Assembly: GCA_038204425.1 (NCBI GenBank)
Contig: JBBRCZ010000003.1
Coordinates: 1 to 64,000 of the forward strand
Origin: Spirochaetia bacterium
GTDB taxonomy: Bacteria; Spirochaetota; Spirochaetia; DSM-27196; Salinispiraceae
Length of the DNA stretch: 64,000 nt
Direction of reading: 5' to 3'
Shown: in pieces, positions 57,762 to 64,000 of the stretch
Numbering within the stretch: the first letter of the stretch is position 1
Layout: the number at the start of each line of letters is the position of its first letter
Notes under the pieces: model-generated
What the model was told of the DNA's origin: nothing
What the model saw: only the letters and a program-made list of their open reading frames with translations
Database searches by the model: none
Program-made: the position numbers and the translations under genes

Positions 57762-60700
57762 ATGGAAGACGGAAGACTCAGCTTTGAAGAACTTGCTCGC
57801 AGTAGATTGGTTCTGTTTGATGGTGCTATGGGCACCCAGATCCATGAATGGAACCTAGCCGATAGCGATTACGACTTTAAACTTGGTTGTTCTGAGATAC
57901 TTAATCAGACCAGACCTGACGTCATTCAGTCTATCCACGAAGCGTACTATGCAGCAGGTAGTGACGTGGTGGAAACCAATTCTTTTGGGTCCAATCCGAT
58001 TGTGCTCGTTGAATATGATATCGCAAGTAGCGCTTATGATCTAAGTCTCAAAGCGGCTCAGATCGCCCGTAAAGCCGCCAGCATCTGGTCTGACCCAAGG
58101 AAATGTCCTGATGGTGCCAATGCCGCCAAACCGCGCTACGTAGCGGGAAGTATTGGACCCGGAACCAAGTTGATATCTTTAGGTCAAACTGACTGGACAA
58201 CTATGCTTGAGAGTTACAAACAGCAAGCTAAGGGACTATTGGACGGCAAAGTTGATCTCTTTTTGATTGAAACCTGCCAAGACCCCTTGCAGATCAAGTG
58301 CGCACTAAACGCCTGTTTTGACACGATGGCCGCAGCCCAAATAATAATTCCAGTGATAGTTACGGTTACCGTAGAAACGACGGGCACGCTCTTGGTTGGA
58401 ACTCCTGTAGAAGCTATCGTGGCCATATTGGAACCTTTTGATATTTTTGCTCTTGGTCTCAATTGTGCAACCGGCCCAGAAGATATGCGCAACTATGTCC
58501 GTCAACTTTCTCAGATTTGGCCAGGAAAACTATTGGTTCAACCTAACGCAGGCTTGCCGCAGAATGTGAATGGGCAACTAGTCTATACGCTGAGCATAGA
58601 AGACTATGTCAATACCATGTCTGCATTTGTGACCGAACTTGGTGTAAGTTTGGTCGGAGGTTGCTGCGGAACCAATCCAGATTTTTTACGGGCTTTGGCC
58701 AAGGAATTGCCTAGCCTTAAGCCTGCTGACCGTACCATCGATTATCAGCCGAGTGTTGCCAGTCTTTTTGGGGTTCAGACTATCAAGCAAGATCCGCCGG
58801 CCTTTTACATTGGCGAACGAACTAACACCAATGGTTCCAAACTTTTTAAGGATTTGCTCTTGGTGGACGACTACGATGGTCTAGTAGAGATCGCGCGCGA
58901 GCAATGTGGCACTGGAGTTCACGCCCTTGACATCTGTGTGGCTTATACAGGTCGTGATGAAGTCAAAGATATGGAGCAAGCGCTCAAACGAATCATCACT
59001 CAGATTGATATGCCATTGGTCTTTGATTCTACTGAAGTCAATGTTTTGGAAAAATCCCTGCAAATGTACGGTGGACGGGCTATCATAAACTCTATTAACC
59101 TCGAAGATGGCGAAGCTCGCGTGGATAGAATTTGTCAGTTGGCAAAACGCTACGGGGCGGCACTGATTGCGTTGACTATTGACGAGAAAGGCATGGCTCG
59201 CGAGAGTCACGAAAAACTGGCAATTGCCAAGCGCATTCATGAGATTGCTGTCAAGCGGCATGGCTTGCGACCACAAGATCTCATCTTTGACGCGCTTACT
59301 TTTACTCTTGGAGCAGGCGACGAGACTCTACGAGACAGCGCGCAAAAGACGATCGATGGTATTCGGCTGATAAAAGAAAACTTACCAGGCGTTGCTACTG
59401 TTTTGGGCCTGTCAAACGTCAGTTTTGGTCTTTCTCCAGTCAGCCGCAAAGTCTTAAATTCAGTTTTCTTGCACGAATGTATAGCTGCTGGTCTGGATAT
59501 GGCCATCGTTAATCTCAAACATATTGTGCCGATTGCCCAAATAGCAGAAGAAGACCTCAAGGCAGCTTATCGTGTCATGAACAATGAATGGCTGCAAGAA
59601 AAAGACCCGCTCTTTGCTTTTATTGCCCAGTTTGAAGGAAAAAAAGACTCCGAGCCACAGTTGTCAGCCAGTGAAGAGGCCAACCTAACTGTTCATGAGC
59701 TATTGACTCGCAACATCGTCAAGGGTTCAAAACTCAACCTATCCGTCAATCTGGAAAGAGGGCGCAACGAAAACTTAAAAGCCTTAACTATTATTAATGA
59801 CACCTTGATTCCAGCCATGAAAATTGTTGGTGAGCTTTTTGGCTCGGGCAAGATGCAATTACCCTTTGTTTTGCAGTCTGCTGAAGTGATGAAAGCATCG
59901 GTAGACCTCTTGCAGCCCTTCATGGAAAAGGTCGAAGGCGAAGAGCAAGTTAGTATTGTCTTGGCTACCGTCCGCGGCGATGTGCATGACATTGGTAAAA
60001 ACTTAGTAGACATAATTCTCACCAACAACGGATACAAAGTCTATAATCTGGGCATTAAATGCGAAATTGATACTATTATTCAAAAGGCTATCGAAGTCGG
60101 CGCAAGCGCAATTGGTATGTCGGGGCTGCTAGTCAAGTCGACTATCATAATGAAAGAGAACCTTGAGGAACTCGCGCGTAGAAAAATAAAAGTTCCTGTG
60201 CTTTTGGGTGGAGCAGCGTTAACGCCAAGTTACGTCTATGACATTTGCACACCTCTCTTGCCAAGTCCACTAGTCTATTGCTCAGATGCTTTTGAAGGCC
60301 TCAAAGCTATGAGTCTAATTAAAGAAGGTGGCATTGCAGGTTACCTGGCGGCCGAAGCCAGCAAGCGCGAGGCCAGAAAGCAAGCCAGACCTGCCTTGGC
60401 TAGCGTCGCGCCAGTAGAAGAAATTGTGATTGACAGAACGGTCAAGGTACCTAAGGCACCTTTTTTGGGGGTGCGACATGTTGCTGAAGTGGATCTAGAG
60501 ACCGTGTATAGCTATTTGACAGAAGAAGTTCTTTTTCGCGGACGCTGGGGCTACCGTCGCGGAAGCATGAGCAAACAAGACTACGACGAGCAACTGGCGA
60601 CAGTGATTAGACCAGAGTTTGAAGCGCTCAAACTTGACGCCAAGCTGCGTCAACTCATCAAACCGGCAGTTAGTTATGGTTACTGGGAATGTAATTCCTC

Positions 60701-61238
60701 TGGTCAGGACCTCATCATCTATGATCCAGATAGCGATGGCCAACTTGGTCGTTTTACGTTTCCTCGCCAAAGTGAAGCGCCTTTTCAATGTATTGCCGAC
60801 TACTTCTATTCTGTTGAGAGTGGTATCCGAGACGTGATTGCTCTGCAAGTTTGCACGGTTGGTCAGGCTGCTGCTGACGAAAGTGCTCGCCTGTACGGAT
60901 CTGGCAATTATAAGGACTATCTTTTGTTCCACGGTTTGTCGGTAGAATGCGCCGAAGCTCTTGCAGAATACTGGCACAGGGTGGTTAGAGAAGAGTTGGG
61001 AATTACATCCGAAGATGGAAACACTATCCAAGATTTTGTAGTACAAAAGTACCAAGGCTCTCGCTATTCATTTGGTTATCCAGCCTGCCCTGATTTGGCC
61101 CAAAATCGCACCTTATGTGAGCTAAGTCAGAGCCACTTAATCGGTGTGACTGTCAGTGACGAAGAGCAAATGGTTCCTGAACAGACTACCAGTGCCTTTG
61201 TGGTGCATCATCCGCAGGCGAAGTACTTCAATGCCTAA
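57762..61238 (+). CDS. metH: Cobalamin-dependent methionine synthase
   Basis: DGAMGT, GGCCGT, GERTN, DVHDIGKN B12-binding motif, RYSFGYPACPD activation domain. Confidence 0.97.
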   Translation: MEDGRLSFEELARSRLVLFDGAMGTQIHEWNLADSDYDFKLGCSEILNQTRPDVIQSIHEAYYAAGSDVVETNSFGSNPIVLVEYDIASSAYDLSLKAAQIARKAASIWSDPRKCPDGANAAKPRYVAGSIGPGTKLISLGQTDWTTMLESYKQQAKGLLDGKVDLFLIETCQDPLQIKCALNACFDTMAAAQIIIPVIVTVTVETTGTLLVGTPVEAIVAILEPFDIFALGLNCATGPEDMRNYVRQLSQIWPGKLLVQPNAGLPQNVNGQLVYTLSIEDYVNTMSAFVTELGVSLVGGCCGTNPDFLRALAKELPSLKPADRTIDYQPSVASLFGVQTIKQDPPAFYIGERTNTNGSKLFKDLLLVDDYDGLVEIAREQCGTGVHALDICVAYTGRDEVKDMEQALKRIITQIDMPLVFDSTEVNVLEKSLQMYGGRAIINSINLEDGEARVDRICQLAKRYGAALIALTIDEKGMARESHEKLAIAKRIHEIAVKRHGLRPQDLIFDALTFTLGAGDETLRDSAQKTIDGIRLIKENLPGVATVLGLSNVSFGLSPVSRKVLNSVFLHECIAAGLDMAIVNLKHIVPIAQIAEEDLKAAYRVMNNEWLQEKDPLFAFIAQFEGKKDSEPQLSASEEANLTVHELLTRNIVKGSKLNLSVNLERGRNENLKALTIINDTLIPAMKIVGELFGSGKMQLPFVLQSAEVMKASVDLLQPFMEKVEGEEQVSIVLATVRGDVHDIGKNLVDIILTNNGYKVYNLGIKCEIDTIIQKAIEVGASAIGMSGLLVKSTIIMKENLEELARRKIKVPVLLGGAALTPSYVYDICTPLLPSPLVYCSDAFEGLKAMSLIKEGGIAGYLAAEASKREARKQARPALASVAPVEEIVIDRTVKVPKAPFLGVRHVAEVDLETVYSYLTEEVLFRGRWGYRRGSMSKQDYDEQLATVIRPEFEALKLDAKLRQLIKPAVSYGYWECNSSGQDLIIYDPDSDGQLGRFTFPRQSEAPFQCIADYFYSVESGIRDVIALQVCTVGQAAADESARLYGSGNYKDYLLFHGLSVECAEALAEYWHRVVREELGITSEDGNTIQDFVVQKYQGSRYSFGYPACPDLAQNRTLCELSQSHLIGVTVSDEEQMVPEQTTSAFVVHHPQAKYFNA

Positions 61239-61294
61239 GTCCCAATGGCAACAAAAGACTTGGATACAAAGGATTTGATAAGAAAGGTTTTTAA

Positions 61295-61453
61295 ATGAGA
61301 TACATTTGTTCTAATTGCGGTTACATCTACGACCCAATCCAGGGCGACAGTGCAGGCGGCATACCTGAAGATACCAAATTTGAGGATTTGCCCGATGACT
61401 GGACCTGCCCAATCTGCTATCAGTCCAAGAGTGTTTTTGATGCCTTTGACTGA
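61295..61453 (+). CDS. Rubredoxin (52 aa; absent from the supplied ORF track)
   Basis: Hand translation: MRYICSNCGYIYDPIQGDSAGGIPEDTKFEDLPDDWTCPICYQSKSVFDAFD, with two CxxC motifs. Confidence 0.95.
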   Translation: MRYICSNCGYIYDPIQGDSAGGIPEDTKFEDLPDDWTCPICYQSKSVFDAFD

Positions 61454-61568
61454 GATCTAATCTGGGTATTTTTGTCAGATTTAAAACAAATTGACGGCCT
61501 CTCAATTATAGTAGTGAGATATGGTGCGAGTCTTTCTATAAATGCTTGCCCAAAAAAAAGGAGATACT

Positions 61569-62681
61569 ATGAAGAAAGTGCCGTTGACTTTTCTAATTTT
61601 GCTTTTTTCGGCTTGGACATTGAGTGCTCAGGGTATTAAGTGGGAGTCGTCATATGAGAATGCTTTTAAGCAAGCGCGAGCGAGCGGCAAGGCAGTTGTG
61701 GTTCTGATTACGGCTCCAACATGGTGCGGCTGGTGTGTAGAGTTTAGTAAGAACGTTTTGTCCAATGCAAAAGTGCAAGCGACGCTCAATAACGGCTTTA
61801 TAGCTTTGGAAGTTCTTGATACCAGTGTCGAACTGCAGCGATTTGACTTTGATGGTTACCCAACGGTTAGGATCTATGACAAGACAGGTAAAGAAGTCAA
61901 AGATGTTTATACTCAAGATCCAAACAGATTTTTGGCCTTACTAGAACCTTATGTGGCAAAGGCTGTTAACCCAGTCACCTCAAGCACCAGCATAAAGGCA
62001 ACTACGGTTGTTGCGGGTTCGGCGATCACTTGGCGTGAGATAGTGGATGTCGCGCAGTACGGAGAGGCAGATTGGTCGCAGGAAGTTAAGCGGGTTAAGA
62101 ACCTTAGCATCGAACAAGCAAAAAAACTTGCCGAAGCAGATCCGCGTATCAATTATTTCTTCTTTGTAAAAGGTCTTCGTATGGTCTTACCCCCACTAGG
62201 CAACAAAGGAGTCTTTACCAAAGGTGAGGCGGTATTCTTTGCAGGAAAACCTTGGTATGGGTCAGCGCCTGGACTTGCTAACGCTTACGAAAAACAAATT
62301 GCTAGCGCAAACGCACCGGTCAGTAACAGCGGTCAAAAATTCAGCTATGCTAAAGGATACTATCAAAAAATAGAAGCCGGAAAGTGGCAAGGCTGCGACG
62401 AGGCCGGCGTGTGCACTATTTATCGTGAATCGGATACCAATCAAGAAGGGTGGATAGAACTGGTTGGTTATGTGGCGGCCTATGGGGACAAAACCTACTT
62501 GGCTATCCCAGAAAACGGCGGCATGAGCTACTATTATGATGATCAAAAAGAAGATTGGATTGCTTTGCAAGAATTGAGCATTGAAAATGGCGCTGATAGC
62601 TTTGGTGTAAGGCCCGGCATCAGAACCGCCAGAACCCGCAGTGGATCGGCGCCGGTCCGTCAACAATCAGAGCGTCGCTAA
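61569..62681 (+). CDS. Exported thioredoxin-like protein (WCGWC) with two additional C-terminal domains
   Basis: Signal peptide (LSA|Q), WCGWC, GYPT cis-Pro loop, Ser/Thr linkers. Confidence 0.75.
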   Translation: MKKVPLTFLILLFSAWTLSAQGIKWESSYENAFKQARASGKAVVVLITAPTWCGWCVEFSKNVLSNAKVQATLNNGFIALEVLDTSVELQRFDFDGYPTVRIYDKTGKEVKDVYTQDPNRFLALLEPYVAKAVNPVTSSTSIKATTVVAGSAITWREIVDVAQYGEADWSQEVKRVKNLSIEQAKKLAEADPRINYFFFVKGLRMVLPPLGNKGVFTKGEAVFFAGKPWYGSAPGLANAYEKQIASANAPVSNSGQKFSYAKGYYQKIEAGKWQGCDEAGVCTIYRESDTNQEGWIELVGYVAAYGDKTYLAIPENGGMSYYYDDQKEDWIALQELSIENGADSFGVRPGIRTARTRSGSAPVRQQSERR

Positions 62682-62749
62682 GCTAAGAACTTTGGCTGTC
62701 CTTGGTAGTTGAAGACTGAAGTCAAAAACGAAAGTCCAAGACAGCCAGA

Positions 62750-64000
62750 TTATTCTCCTGGCAAACGCCGGATTGCTCCTTGGTCGGCGCTCTGTGCAAA
62801 TAGTGCATAGGCTTGCAGTGCGCGACTGACTACGCGTACTCGCGTCAACGGTGTAAATGCTTTATCGCCGCGCGCTAGTTCTTCTTGCCGGCGGCTTTCT
62901 AGCTCGGCAGCGTCAATCTTGAGTTCCAACTTACGCTGCGGAATCGAGATTTCAATTAAATCGCCTGTTCTAACCAAGGCTATCTCACCACCAGCGGCTG
63001 CTTCTGGGCTAACATGTCCAATTGAAAGTCCACTCGTTCCGCCAGAAAAACGACCATCAGTAATTAGTGCGCATGCTTTGCCAAGTTTCATACTTTTTAA
63101 GTAACTGGTGGGGTAGAGCATTTCTTGCATACCAGGACCACCCTTGGGACCTTCGTAACGAATTACTACAACAGCACCGGCGTGTACCTTGCCCTCCAAG
63201 ATGCCCTTAACAGCGTCGTCTTGGCTTTCGAAGACTATGGCGGTTCCGGTAAAGTCAAAGACACTCTTGTCTACACCGGCTGTTTTTACGATAGAACCAC
63301 GACTGGCAATGTTGCCATAAAGTACTGCGATCCCGCCATCAGGATAGTAGGCGTCTGCAACCGTTCTGATGCAACCTTCTTTTCGATCTTTGTCAAGTTC
63401 TTTAAATCGGGAATCCTGGCTGCCCATGACGAGGTTACGACCACCGCCTGGAGCAGCTCGGTAGAACCAATCAGCCTTTCCTACCGAAGGGTCGCCCTGA
63501 GCGTCCGGAATAGTGATGTCAAAGCGCTCAAGCGCATGCTGCAAACTTGGATAGTCAACACGTGCCACCGAGGTATCAAGCAAGCCAGCTTGAGCCAGCG
63601 ATGCAAGTATGGCCATAATGCCACCTGCTCGATGGACGTCTTCGATGTAGTACTTGTCACTGTTGGGTGCAACTTTACAAACACAGGGTACTTTTCTAGA
63701 AAGTTCGTCAATGTCTTTCATGGTAAAGTCGACGTTTGCTTCGCGGGCAATCGCCAAGAGGTGCAAGACAGTATTGGTACTGCCTCCCATGGCGATATCT
63801 AGGCTCATGGCATTGAGAAAAGCAGCACGATTGGCAATAGCGCGAGGCAGCATCAAAGGGTTCTCTTTTACGTAAAACTCGTGGGCCATTTCAACAATTC
63901 GTTCTGCAGCACGGTCAAAAAGCTTCAATCGTTCGGCATGAGTCGCCATTAAAGTACCATTGCCAGGCAAGGCCAAACCGAGAGCCTCGTTGAGGCAGTT
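62750..64000 (-). CDS. ilvD: Dihydroxy-acid dehydratase, 5'-truncated by the window
   Basis: [37 protein letters not shown]. Confidence 0.96.
   Translation of the reverse strand, partial: NCLNEALGLALPGNGTLMATHAERLKLFDRAAERIVEMAHEFYVKENPLMLPRAIANRAAFLNAMSLDIAMGGSTNTVLHLLAIAREANVDFTMKDIDELSRKVPCVCKVAPNSDKYYIEDVHRAGGIMAILASLAQAGLLDTSVARVDYPSLQHALERFDITIPDAQGDPSVGKADWFYRAAPGGGRNLVMGSQDSRFKELDKDRKEGCIRTVADAYYPDGGIAVLYGNIASRGSIVKTAGVDKSVFDFTGTAIVFESQDDAVKGILEGKVHAGAVVVIRYEGPKGGPGMQEMLYPTSYLKSMKLGKACALITDGRFSGGTSGLSIGHVSPEAAAGGEIALVRTGDLIEISIPQRKLELKIDAAELESRRQEELARGDKAFTPLTRVRVVSRALQAYALFAQSADQGAIRRLPGE

Noticed and set aside
60495..63875. Long antisense and alternate-frame ORFs (e.g. 60495-61055, 63125-63802; also 25751-26287, 41029-41571)
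   Set aside because: They lie within well-supported genes on the other strand, have no recognisable motifs, and are best explained as codon-bias shadows.

Overview
Bacterial chromosome segment from a spirochete (Spirochaetia), judged from the periplasmic-flagellum genes flaA/flaB, a PlzA-like protein, a TPAT transporter and the gene order. It is mostly core genome. In order: the 3' end of a modular carbohydrate-binding protein; a chimeric ORF; mrfAB-like repair genes; glgA; nagZ; a large flagellar region (flgN-flgK-flgL-fliW-csrA, fliD-flaG-flaB-flaB, two PilZ proteins, flaA-flaA); infC-rpmI-rplT-zapB-zapA; tRNA-Leu(TAA); a PcrA/UvrD helicase; pgm; def-fmt; topA; cdd; yidD; tatT-tatP-tatQM; metH; a rubredoxin missing from the ORF track; and partial ilvD. 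I found no transposase, integrase, phage gene or CRISPR array. The most interesting signals are non-coding: (1) two convergent sigma-28-type promoters forming an inverted duplication in the leader of one flagellin gene, predicting a small antisense RNA next to a near-consensus CsrA site; (2) a densely structured rpmI-rplT spacer; (3) a tandem hairpin array after flaA; (4) recurring leaderless-type promoters; (5) a palindromic operator before metH. Product calls come from motif recognition by eye; no searches were run.
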